Notes: a model not told the origin generated them from the sequence alone. 64,000 nucleotides of DNA from Candidatus Spongiisociaceae bacterium (GCA_965202665.1 OZ241841.1:1376001-1440000); one strand, 5' to 3'. Counted from the stretch's first letter, positions 8,302 through 17,731 are shown. Made by a program: numbers and translations.

Positions 8302-10367
8302 AGGAGAGTAGCCAGATGCCGGTTCGGGACACCCGAGACGTTTTCGATGTTGCGCCCTGGGGAGAGGCCCCTACTCCTGTGTTGCCGCTGTGGTATCGTG
8401 AGCATCACTCCGATTTGCCTCTCCCTAAGGTCATCCAGAATGCGAACCCGCGGATTAAGACCGTGGGCGAAATAGGAAAGTTTTGGGAAGGCTCGCGGCA
8501 ACAGTTGGCCACGCGGGAGCGACAGGCCCTGGCCCAGTTTTGCAACGAATATATTCCACCATCTGATCAGGTGGTGGTGCCTGAAGGTATCAATCATGCC
8601 GATTTTGTTCATTTTCCCTTGCGTAAACGTACTATCAACTGTCTTAAAAGCGGGAAACTGATGGAAGGATTTGCTGCTATTACAGTTGACCAACTAATGA
8701 GAATAACTAACTTTGGCGTGTTGTCCCTTCTGGATCTGTGGTGTGTCATTGAGTATGTGAATTATATCCCGAAACCACTGGAGATAAGGCGGGATATGCC
8801 TCAAGGCAAAATAATCCCGTCTGGATGGTCTTATGAGTGGAATAAGGCTGCCTCTGTTTTTGAACAGGTATTCATAGTAGCTAAAGAATTTTATGGTGCC
8901 CAAACTATCAAAGAGGTATTAACTCTAGACCTATATGAAATAGTAAAATCCCTCAACATGGAGACCAGTGCCAATTCCCTCTCTTTAGGATTATTAACAG
9001 ACAATAAAAGCTACGCTAGCGTTGTAGTTAGCAAACTCCAATCTGTATTAGATGGACTTTCCCCAAAGGAGTGCTTTATTGTTAACAAGAGGATGGTGGT
9101 TCGAGAAACTCTTGAGGAGGTTGGTAAGCAGTTAAATCTTACGAGGGAAAGGGTTCGTCAACTCGAGCGTCTGGCTGAACAAGAAATAGTAGAATCTCTG
9201 GAGCCAGAACTAAAAATAATGGCTCACTTTATTAACAAGCAATTAGAACCCATTTTGTCGGAAGATGACTATAGAAAAGCGATATCTAACTTCTTTCTTA
9301 CGAATTCCGCTACTGACGAGACGCGGGAAATTGCTATGTACTTGTTAGAGAAGCTTCTTCGGTATCATAAAGTAGATGGTGTTTATTTGAAAAAGCCCAC
9401 AGCCCATAATATCTTTAGGAATTTCAAAGAGGCCGCTACCTTAGAAAGTGACGATGTGGGCATCATAAATATAGATTCACTGAGAGAGAAATATCTGGAT
9501 AATGGATTTGAAAAATATCTTCCACAAATATTAACTCTTTGCCGGTTCGGAAAGATTATGGATTATTTTGTTCTAAGAGACACAAAAAAGGCGCGCGCCA
9601 AAATTGCTTTGATAGAGATTGGCCAACCTGCTACTAAAGAAGAAATAGCGGAATTGTCAGGTCTTGAACCCGACCGGGTAGGTGGCCATCTTTCTAATAT
9701 CGAGAGCGTTGTCCGAGCAGACAAAACTCGATGGGGACTAGTTGAGTGGGTTGATGATGTCTATGAAGGTATTCCTGCTGAGATTATCCAAAGAATAAAC
9801 GAAGATGGCGGTGCAACCAAAATTGAAAGACTTTTGAATGAGATACCCAATCTTTTTGGAGTGAGCCAAACTAGTGTAAGGGCTTACATCGGTGCCCCTC
9901 AATTTATAGTTAGGGATGGTTATGTGAGTTTGGCCGATCCTTCCTCGATCAAGTTAAGAAATTTTGATGATGTACTGAACGGAAGAGAAGAAGGAAGCGG
10001 TTGGCCTTATTGGAACTTTCGAGTGGAAGATGGTTATCTTAATGGATATAGTTTATTAGGGGTTCCACCAGAAATAGCTTTGAAACTGGGCTGTGAGCCA
10101 GATAACAAAAATACCGTACCTATCGATTTTCCTTCTGGTCATAGAGATTTGTCTATCAACTGGAGATTATCGTCACTGACAGGTGCCTCCATTGGTTATT
10201 TATCCGCACCTCTGAAAGAACTGGGCGCGATGGCTGGAGATATGATTAGGCTCATCATCAAAGATCATAGCGTCGAGTTGAAACCTGAAGACACTGCGGA
10301 GGGAAAGATATCCCTTTCTGCTCAAGAGATACTAGAGCGTATGAAGAAACGCCAGAAAGCCCTATGA
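8298..10367 (+). CDS. Multidomain protein: RNAP alpha-CTD-like HhH, sigma-70 region 4 HTH, wHTH (delta/HARE-like) and a C-terminal beta domain
   Basis: PLRKRTINCLKS...TVDQLMRITNFGVLSL resembles alpha-CTD; LDGLSPKE...ETLEEVGKQLNLTRERVRQLE is sigma region 4; ALIEIGQPATKEEI...RWGLVEW is wHTH-like. Start is 8298 (ATGA overlap) or 8316 (AAGGAG RBS). Confidence 0.72.
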   Translation: MKESSQMPVRDTRDVFDVAPWGEAPTPVLPLWYREHHSDLPLPKVIQNANPRIKTVGEIGKFWEGSRQQLATRERQALAQFCNEYIPPSDQVVVPEGINHADFVHFPLRKRTINCLKSGKLMEGFAAITVDQLMRITNFGVLSLLDLWCVIEYVNYIPKPLEIRRDMPQGKIIPSGWSYEWNKAASVFEQVFIVAKEFYGAQTIKEVLTLDLYEIVKSLNMETSANSLSLGLLTDNKSYASVVVSKLQSVLDGLSPKECFIVNKRMVVRETLEEVGKQLNLTRERVRQLERLAEQEIVESLEPELKIMAHFINKQLEPILSEDDYRKAISNFFLTNSATDETREIAMYLLEKLLRYHKVDGVYLKKPTAHNIFRNFKEAATLESDDVGIINIDSLREKYLDNGFEKYLPQILTLCRFGKIMDYFVLRDTKKARAKIALIEIGQPATKEEIAELSGLEPDRVGGHLSNIESVVRADKTRWGLVEWVDDVYEGIPAEIIQRINEDGGATKIERLLNEIPNLFGVSQTSVRAYIGAPQFIVRDGYVSLADPSSIKLRNFDDVLNGREEGSGWPYWNFRVEDGYLNGYSLLGVPPEIALKLGCEPDNKNTVPIDFPSGHRDLSINWRLSSLTGASIGYLSAPLKELGAMAGDMIRLIIKDHSVELKPEDTAEGKISLSAQEILERMKKRQKAL

Positions 10368-12601
10368 TGTTGATAGATGAAATTACTCTTTTGCCTGGTC
10401 TATATAGGCTACCGGATGATCCGGTCGGTCCAACTATACTTATTCCGGGATTTCGATCCGCGACCTCAGTAAGAGGGGCCTTTGGTTGGTTCAGTGCTGA
10501 CTGGATTGCAAGGCTTTCTCCTGGGCTGGCTGAGTATCTTAATCAACCAGATACTCTTCCTATAGATTTCATCGTTGCCCCTGTGTTTTTTCCTTCAGAG
10601 CGCGCCGCGGTGGAAAAGGCATATAGTATGTCAACAGAAGAGGCCAGTCGGCGGGTCAGGGATGTGTTTGTCGAAGGTAAGGTTCGCGCTACGGCACTCG
10701 GAAAACACGCTTTAGACTGTTTGGCTTGGATGGTAGCCACAGACCGTTTACGATTGAAGATAGCTGTCCCTAATTCAGACTCAAATTATCATCCAAAGAT
10801 GTGGTTATTTGACGATGGGGTTCATCAGGTATTAGCACGAGGTTCCGGTAATGCAACCGGTCACGGACTTAGTACAGGAGTGGAACACATTGACGTCGAT
10901 GTTACTTGGAATGAAGATAGCCGAAGGCGCGTACAGGATGGTATTTCTATTTTGGAAGATTGGGCTAATGGTAAAAGCCGAGGCATCGATCGTATTGTTG
11001 CTCTACCTGAAGCTCTTGAAGAAGATATAGTAAGAACCGCTCCAGCAGAAATGCCAAGTCGGAGTGATTACCTAAATGCGGCCAAAGAAGACAATAATCC
11101 GAGCTGGGCTATCGACTTATCCCAGAAATTGCTTGATAGATTTGTATCAACGCGGTCGTCTCAACTCCCTCGTTTAGGGATTCCTAGGGATTTGGAGTGG
11201 CAGTCCGGTACCTATGCTTATCAAAATGAAGCAGTGGAAGCTTGGGAAAAATCTTCAAATCCTGAAAGAGGCATTATTTCCATGGCCACGGGTGCGGGTA
11301 AAACGATAACCGCTTTAATATGTGCTACAAGATTACAAGATAGGATTTTCGAAGATTCCCTTTTAGTAGTAATATCTGCACCAGCCATACCGATAATAGC
11401 TCAGTGGGTCAACGAAGTCAAAAAATTTGGGATAAAAGCTGTTGCCCCCAGCCTGGGATCTGATATAGCATCATCGTTGACTGATGTATTTATGGCTCTA
11501 GGGGTAGGCGGAACTCATGTGCTAGTAGTATCTAATAAGACACTTTGCTCATCTAGTTTTCAGTCTACTCTCATACAAAAACTTAATTCTAAAATAAGAA
11601 CGATGTTGATCGCAGACGAAGCTCATACCTTGGGAGCCAAAGGATTTATTACAAATAAGCCATGTTTCTTTGAACGAAGACTAGCGTTATCGGCAACCCC
11701 GGAGCGACAATATGATCCTGATGGAACTCATGAGATTTTCTCTTTCTTTGGGCATCCTGTATATGATTTCGGCCTCGATAGAGCCATTGGCTTTTGTCTT
11801 TCTCCATACAATTATTATGTACATGTTACTCCCCTCGGTGGTGATGAGTTATATGAGTATTTGGAAATCACACGTCGCATAGGAGCGTATATCGCTAAAA
11901 CCCAAGCTAACGTTACTGATGACACTGATGATGAAACTCTCACCGGACTGCTAATAAGAAGACGCAGTATCATTGAAACCGCAATGGCTAAAACAAGTTT
12001 ATTACAGAACTTATTAGAATATCGTGGGTCACGTTCGCTCGCACACACCTTGATATATGTCTCAGCAAAGAACCCTAACCAGTTTGAGGATATTAGCACG
12101 GTACTTAAGGAATTAGGTATTAGATGGGCACCTGTCACGCAGGATACTACCGCTAAACCTAGATTGTTGGAAACAACACTACGAACCTTTGAGAAGGGAG
12201 GATATCAGGTATTATTGGCGAAAAAAGTCCTGGATGAGGGGGTTGATATTCCTAATATTAGAGAGGCATTTATTATAGCTTCATCTACGGTAGAGCGAGA
12301 ATGGATTCAGCGACGCGGTCGCGTGTTACGTCTTCATCCCGACAAAGATTTTGCGATGGTTCACGATTTTCTTGCACTTCCACCAGTTGATATGATGGAT
12401 CAGGATGCAAGGAAAATCGTCCTGACCGAGTTGAATCGTGCTTTGGCATTCGCCAAACATGCTAGCAATGCTTCTGGCCCCGAAGGCGTTTTCGAACGTT
12501 TAAAAAAAATAAGAGACCACTATTGGGACGAGGAGTTAAGTTCTCCATTTACAGAACATCAAATAGACCCCGCTACACCCATGGGAGGCAATGGTGAATA
12601 A
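10364..12601 (+). CDS. PLD-nuclease plus SF2 helicase (PbeA-like PT-associated restriction protein)
   Basis: HPKMWLFD (HxKxxxxD) and GSGNAT; YQ, MATGAGKT, IADEAH, LSATPER, LDEGVDIP, QRRGRVLR. Confidence 0.82.
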   Translation: MMLIDEITLLPGLYRLPDDPVGPTILIPGFRSATSVRGAFGWFSADWIARLSPGLAEYLNQPDTLPIDFIVAPVFFPSERAAVEKAYSMSTEEASRRVRDVFVEGKVRATALGKHALDCLAWMVATDRLRLKIAVPNSDSNYHPKMWLFDDGVHQVLARGSGNATGHGLSTGVEHIDVDVTWNEDSRRRVQDGISILEDWANGKSRGIDRIVALPEALEEDIVRTAPAEMPSRSDYLNAAKEDNNPSWAIDLSQKLLDRFVSTRSSQLPRLGIPRDLEWQSGTYAYQNEAVEAWEKSSNPERGIISMATGAGKTITALICATRLQDRIFEDSLLVVISAPAIPIIAQWVNEVKKFGIKAVAPSLGSDIASSLTDVFMALGVGGTHVLVVSNKTLCSSSFQSTLIQKLNSKIRTMLIADEAHTLGAKGFITNKPCFFERRLALSATPERQYDPDGTHEIFSFFGHPVYDFGLDRAIGFCLSPYNYYVHVTPLGGDELYEYLEITRRIGAYIAKTQANVTDDTDDETLTGLLIRRRSIIETAMAKTSLLQNLLEYRGSRSLAHTLIYVSAKNPNQFEDISTVLKELGIRWAPVTQDTTAKPRLLETTLRTFEKGGYQVLLAKKVLDEGVDIPNIREAFIIASSTVEREWIQRRGRVLRLHPDKDFAMVHDFLALPPVDMMDQDARKIVLTELNRALAFAKHASNASGPEGVFERLKKIRDHYWDEELSSPFTEHQIDPATPMGGNGE

Positions 12602-12812
12602 CTACGACCGTATCTATACTGAGATCACCAAAGAATCTGAGGTGCTTGCTTCAGATAGTGGCCTGGAACCTAACTTGTGGCGTGAGTTGATCATGGAGAT
12701 CGTGGATCTCGAGGATCAGCATCGTACCAAGAACGTTCCCAGGATCAATCAACAAATTCATGAGAAGATACTCTTATTTGCTCAAAACAAATTGCGCACA
12801 AAGGAGGAGTAA
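12591..12812 (+). CDS. Small helical protein (PbeB-like position)
   Basis: 73 aa, GGAGG RBS, overlaps the helicase stop; ELIMEIVDLEDQHRTKNVPR resembles the 60-aa protein at 45885. Confidence 0.65.
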   Translation: MVNNYDRIYTEITKESEVLASDSGLEPNLWRELIMEIVDLEDQHRTKNVPRINQQIHEKILLFAQNKLRTKEE

Positions 12813-12813
12813 T

Positions 12814-15045
12814 ATGTTAAAATTTCGTAGGATAGAAATAAGCAATTTTGTCTGTTTTGACAATATTGCTATTGAACCTTCCGTCGACTCGGAGAAACCA
12901 CTAACTGTGGTGCGCGCCGAAAATGGTTCGGGCAAGACTACCCTGTTACGTGCCATTCGCTGGGGCATGTATGGTGAGAAGGGGTTGCCGTCTCCTTCAC
13001 ATAGTTTTTCGCTTCACCCTGCTTGGTGGACTCCCAATGATGATGGTATTAGCACAGCGGTTTCTATAGAATTTGAGACAGATGGATCAGATCGTTCTAA
13101 TAGTACTACTAACAATTCTAAAAATACTGTATATCAGCTAGAACGATCCATTACTACGATTGGTAAACGAGCATCTAGCGGAAACGAGCCCGATTTCCGC
13201 CGAATTAACGAGCAGACACAACTAATGATACGGGAATCTGATGGTATGTGGAAGCCTCATACTGCAGGTGTTGATGCTGTCGTGGGTCAATTATTGCCTT
13301 GGGATCTACGCGACTTTTTTGTAATGGATGCTGATAAAGTTGCTGATTATGTAGGGGGTGGTGAAAATAAGATACTGCATCGAAAAGAAGTTATTGAAAA
13401 AACAACTGCGGCAGTAAAGGGGCTACTTGGAATTGATGTATTCAAAAAGGCGCGATCACGCGTAGAGGGAATAGGTAGGGATTTCGGTAAACAAGCCACC
13501 AAAGCAGTTGGAGATGCGAGCCTTGATGATTTACAATCCGAGTTAGAGCAACTTCGATTTGAGAGAGATGATTTGGAAAAAGAAATTACTAAGCAATCTA
13601 TTATTCGAGATGAGTTGGAGGATTCTCTTCAGGAACGCAATATTGAGCTAGAGGCGGAATTAAAAGGAATAGGCGCGGCTGAAGAATTATCCAGCCGTTT
13701 GGCCAAAAATAGAGAGTTACATAAGAGATTGATTGATAGACGCAAAGTTGTGGTGAATCAGCTGGCAGGTCAGGTTGAAGCGACAGAGTTGCTGGCTACC
13801 TTAGCTCACCCATATATTTTCGAAACATATGATTTTCTGAAACCATTATATGACAGTGGACAAATCCCCGCTCAACATCTTCACTATGTTCGGTCTCTAC
13901 TAAAGTCCGGGGTTTGTGTATGCGGGCAAGACATTTCTCGTGACAATGAATATCGCAAGCAAATTTCGGAGCAAATATCAAAATCTAAGGGAGAAGATAG
14001 AGCCAATTATTTAGGGCAGATTTTTGATGTTGCTAAATCGCTTATGGAGTTTGCTCCCGCAGATTTTTGGAATGAGCAGTGTGAGGATTTTAAGAAAGAG
14101 ATAGTAAGCCAAGTTAGTGATATATCAAATTTGGAGACTGATAACAGAGACATTCAAATGAAGCTAGATATTATTGATGAGGAAAAAATACAACTTCTTC
14201 GTAGTGAGATTAATTCCCAAAAATCACAGGTGGAGAATGTTAATCGAAGATTAGTAAGTGACCAAAATAGATTGCCAATACTTAATGATGCTATTGATTC
14301 ATTGGCTAAGAAGATTGGGCAGAGGCAACGAAGCGAAAGAGCTGCAAGAGATAAGCGAGAGGCTGAGGCTGTAGCGAGGTTAGTTGTAGGAGTACTTGAC
14401 AAATCTTATAACACTATTCAAAGCGAACAGATTTCTCATCTGTCTAAAAGAATGGACGAACTATTTTCTGAAATGGTTCACAATGTTAGCAGTAGAGACC
14501 TCGATCATAAACCAGACAAGGCAGATGTTCGTATGATTGCTCAAGTTGGTATTAAATCTGTTGATGATAGACCAGAAAGTTTTGAAATTTTTGCACAAAA
14601 TCACCGTGGTCGTAATATGCCACCGATAGAGATTAATGGTGCTTCTCGTCGAGTTTTAGCATTATCATTCGTCTTAGCTCTTTGCGTCGAGTCAAAAACA
14701 TTTGCTCCGTTAGTTGCAGATTCCCTCCTGAATTTTATGTCAGGTGCCGTTCGTCAAAATACATTGCTTGTTACATCTCAAATTTCTAATCAGCCCATTT
14801 TATTATTAACGGGGGCAGATTTGGAATCACGATCAGAGATTGATATTGTTGATAGATACGCTGGTGCCACCTATACTCTAACTGCGCAATTTCATGAAAG
14901 GGAAGTAGTACGACGGAATGATGAGCGATTGGTTTCTCTTATTTGTCGGTGTGGGCCGCGTCAGTATTGTGATATATGTGAAAGGGTGGGGTGGGCTGAA
15001 TTAGTAGATTGGCGTAAGCGAGAAACGAAAGGATATTTGCCATGA
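12814..15045 (+). CDS. SMC/Rad50-like coiled-coil ATPase (PbeC-like) with divergent ABC motifs
   Basis: IEISNF, Walker A AENGSGKTT, long coiled coil, central CVCG, C-terminal INGASRR and PLVADS; AAGGAGG RBS before ATG 12814. Confidence 0.78.
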   Translation: MLKFRRIEISNFVCFDNIAIEPSVDSEKPLTVVRAENGSGKTTLLRAIRWGMYGEKGLPSPSHSFSLHPAWWTPNDDGISTAVSIEFETDGSDRSNSTTNNSKNTVYQLERSITTIGKRASSGNEPDFRRINEQTQLMIRESDGMWKPHTAGVDAVVGQLLPWDLRDFFVMDADKVADYVGGGENKILHRKEVIEKTTAAVKGLLGIDVFKKARSRVEGIGRDFGKQATKAVGDASLDDLQSELEQLRFERDDLEKEITKQSIIRDELEDSLQERNIELEAELKGIGAAEELSSRLAKNRELHKRLIDRRKVVVNQLAGQVEATELLATLAHPYIFETYDFLKPLYDSGQIPAQHLHYVRSLLKSGVCVCGQDISRDNEYRKQISEQISKSKGEDRANYLGQIFDVAKSLMEFAPADFWNEQCEDFKKEIVSQVSDISNLETDNRDIQMKLDIIDEEKIQLLRSEINSQKSQVENVNRRLVSDQNRLPILNDAIDSLAKKIGQRQRSERAARDKREAEAVARLVVGVLDKSYNTIQSEQISHLSKRMDELFSEMVHNVSSRDLDHKPDKADVRMIAQVGIKSVDDRPESFEIFAQNHRGRNMPPIEINGASRRVLALSFVLALCVESKTFAPLVADSLLNFMSGAVRQNTLLVTSQISNQPILLLTGADLESRSEIDIVDRYAGATYTLTAQFHEREVVRRNDERLVSLICRCGPRQYCDICERVGWAELVDWRKRETKGYLP

Positions 15046-15536
15046 ACTATTTTACAAACCTATTGTCATCTAAGGCACACCCTCTCTGCTTTCCGAAGGG
15101 TTGCAAGGATGATGTCCAGAGGTTCGTCGGGATGCATCAGCAGGGCGGACCGTCGCCGGAGGTAGCTCCTTTTCGTCGTCAGATAGACTTCTGGGCCTTT
15201 TCTATAGCGACAGCTATAGCACAAGGCCTTTCGCCTTTGGATGACCTTGTCACGAAATGGGGTACTAAGTTTACTGATACAAAGTCGGTTGAGTTGCCAG
15301 ATGGTTTGTGTCAGATTCTTGCCGTTATCGCCTTCAGTATTCTAGGAGCGGAACACGAAGGGTTGGATGACCCTTCTGTCATTATAGATGTCGGCAACCG
15401 ATTGGCTGGTGCTGGATGTCCAGTAGTGATCAAAATGCTGAGTAATCCTGATTTACGAACGACAGCACTTGACAAATTATTGGATTTCGCCAACTCATTG
15501 CGATTGGAGGTGTCGCAGTCCCTTCGCGAGGAATAA
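15042..15536 (+). CDS. DndE-like small protein (PbeD-like)
   Basis: APFRRQIDFWAFSIATA and NRLAGAG resemble SPFDSYRDVIIFCAALG and EEYANGG of the 48134 protein; ATGA overlap. Confidence 0.6.
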   Translation: MNYFTNLLSSKAHPLCFPKGCKDDVQRFVGMHQQGGPSPEVAPFRRQIDFWAFSIATAIAQGLSPLDDLVTKWGTKFTDTKSVELPDGLCQILAVIAFSILGAEHEGLDDPSVIIDVGNRLAGAGCPVVIKMLSNPDLRTTALDKLLDFANSLRLEVSQSLREE

Positions 15537-15694
15537 ACAGGGTCGGTCCGTACTCAGGGGAGTGGTTAGGAGAGTAGGTTTAGTTTTCCCGTCGGGGGAG
15601 ACGAGTTTGGCTTGAGACGGGCTGGTGGGGTATTACCGATGATGTTGGTGTTATTGGTGTACACTGTCGGCATGGCTGGAATTGGGGCTTTGGG

Positions 15695-17731
15695 ATGTTG
15701 TTGAGCGAGGCGGCGGAGCCTGTTTTTGCTCGGCATGAATCTTTCCAACCGCGGTATGGCTGGTTTCGTAAGGCCTACGTGACCGCGGAACGGGATCTGC
15801 GGGGGTTTGGACGCCGGGATGCTACGGTGCGGCTGGGGGTGGGCAAGAACATGGTGCGGGCTATCCGGTTCTGGGGGTTGGCGGCCAAAATCATTCAAGA
15901 GGAGCCGCGGTCTGCCAACCGCCGGTCGCCGGATATTGGCCCTACCGAGCTGGGCCGGGCCCTGTTTGGCGAGCAAGGCTGGGACACTTATGTGGAAGAT
16001 CCGGGCACGCTTTGGCTTCTTCACTGGTTGATCCTCGCTCCCCCCTGCCTGATTCCGGTTTGGTGGATTGCCTTTCATGATTTCCAGGCAGTTGAGTTCA
16101 CGGATTCGGATCTGGCGGAGGCGGTTGTCCCCCGGGTGAAGGAGGTTCCGAACTGGGAAACGCCCAGTCCGTCCTCCATTAAAAAAGACGTTAACATCCT
16201 GTTTCGCGCATACGACCCTTCGCTTCGGTCGCGTCCCTCTGACGACGACGGCCAGATTGAATGTCCGTTGCGTCAGCTGAACCTGATTGAAAATCTCCAG
16301 TCCGACGGTCGTTACAGATTTAGGATGGGCCCCAAAGCCACTTTGCCTTCGGAGATCGTCGCCTACGCGGCCTTGGACTATATTTCCCGCATTCGCACCG
16401 GTGAAGGCACCATCCCCCTCAGCCGGTTGGCTTACGACCCGGGTTCGCCCGGACGCGCTTTCAAACTCAGCGAGACGGATTTGGCGATCGCCCTTGAGCC
16501 GACCGTCGAGCAAACCAGGCAAGTCAACCTGACGAACCGCACCGGGTTTTCGCATCTCGTCTGGTCGGGGGACCCGGCGGCTACCGCCATGGTCGTCCTT
16601 GAAGAATACTATTACCGGGTTTGGCACGGACCGGACGTTGACATCAGCCTGCTACTCCAAACGGCGCAGGAAAAGGTTCAAGACCGGTCTTTGGCGGAGA
16701 TTTTGTCATCGGTGGATGAACCGCAACCGATGGTGGCCGCCCGGCACAGCGCGCAACACGATGTTTTACGGGTGTTCTCCCGGCGGTACGTCGAGGGTTC
16801 GGCGGAGATTGAGCCGCCCGGCCCGTTTTCGTCTTACGATGGGGAGGCGCTTATGGTTATGGATGACAGCGATGCCCTTCCCAGAAAGTTACGGTCGCAA
16901 ACGGAGGGCAAGCCGGTAGTGGCGGCTCTCCCCAAAGACTTGTCCGACCTGGAGGCGGTCGCCCGGGAAATAGCCTCCGTTACCATCGCCTTAGAGGACC
17001 CGGCGGCGCAAGGCGATCGGCTTGCGCGCCGCGAATTGCGGGAACGGCTGGGGAGGGCCCGCCGGTTCCTTGAACATGCACTGGTGGCCGTTTTCGGATC
17101 GGACTCCTGCCGGTGGGTGTTGCTCAAAGAAGGCGGCGGGGGGGCGATGCCGCTTACGACGGGACGCGGCAGCACCGCCCTGTCGGACGCGGCGGATGAG
17201 GCTTATCCGGACACTCCGCTGGTCCGCAACGAGATGTTAAATAGAAACTCCCTCACCTCCCAGGGCACAGGGGCGAGGCGGAAGTTGCTGGAAGCCATGG
17301 TCGAATGCGGCGACCAGCCCGGTTTGGGATTTGAAGGTTACGGGCCGGAGGTGGCCATGTACAAGGCCGTTTTGAAGGCGACCGGCTTGCACAGGCGGGA
17401 CGACCCAGACCAGACGTTGGCTTTCCGCAGTCCGACCGATGAGACTTGGGAATCGGCGTGGGAGATAATGACCGAAGAGTTCCGGCGGGCTGAGAACGAG
17501 CAGATCGAGCTGACCGACTTGCACGCTGTCCTGCGGTCGCCGCCGGTGGGAATGAAAGCGGGGGTGATTCCGGTTTTCGTCCTCGCCGGATTGCTCGCCC
17601 ATCAGGATCAGGTCGCCATTTACGAAGCTGGCTTTGCCAGTCCCCTCACCCCCGAACTAGCGGAGCGAACGGCGAGCCGCCCCGGCCAGTTCAGCATCGG
17701 GTCGCCTCCCGACTCCGGGGTTGCAGATTAG
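15695..17731 (+). CDS. Chimeric protein: DUF4007/SspB fused to the central, non-ATPase part of SspC
   Basis: First ~305 aa are collinear with SspB at 2894; from YRVWHGPDVD onward collinear with SspC YRVWQGTDVD through VAIYE; no Walker A or B. Confidence 0.85.
   Translation: MLLSEAAEPVFARHESFQPRYGWFRKAYVTAERDLRGFGRRDATVRLGVGKNMVRAIRFWGLAAKIIQEEPRSANRRSPDIGPTELGRALFGEQGWDTYVEDPGTLWLLHWLILAPPCLIPVWWIAFHDFQAVEFTDSDLAEAVVPRVKEVPNWETPSPSSIKKDVNILFRAYDPSLRSRPSDDDGQIECPLRQLNLIENLQSDGRYRFRMGPKATLPSEIVAYAALDYISRIRTGEGTIPLSRLAYDPGSPGRAFKLSETDLAIALEPTVEQTRQVNLTNRTGFSHLVWSGDPAATAMVVLEEYYYRVWHGPDVDISLLLQTAQEKVQDRSLAEILSSVDEPQPMVAARHSAQHDVLRVFSRRYVEGSAEIEPPGPFSSYDGEALMVMDDSDALPRKLRSQTEGKPVVAALPKDLSDLEAVAREIASVTIALEDPAAQGDRLARRELRERLGRARRFLEHALVAVFGSDSCRWVLLKEGGGGAMPLTTGRGSTALSDAADEAYPDTPLVRNEMLNRNSLTSQGTGARRKLLEAMVECGDQPGLGFEGYGPEVAMYKAVLKATGLHRRDDPDQTLAFRSPTDETWESAWEIMTEEFRRAENEQIELTDLHAVLRSPPVGMKAGVIPVFVLAGLLAHQDQVAIYEAGFASPLTPELAERTASRPGQFSIGSPPDSGVAD

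Noticed and set aside
8298-10367. A genuine sigma factor
   Set aside because: Only region 4 is recognisable; no region 2 is seen, and it is embedded in a ~690-aa multidomain protein.
12814-15045. Calling this ATPase (or 46064-48127) DndD
   Set aside because: True DndD with LSAGE, DTPLGRLD and LLSTDEEI is at 41355; these two have a central CxC and follow a PLD-helicase.
1735-17731. BREX type 4 call for island 1
   Set aside because: It shares DUF4007, BrxC-like ATPase and PAPS reductase, but no PglZ or BrxL gene is visible.
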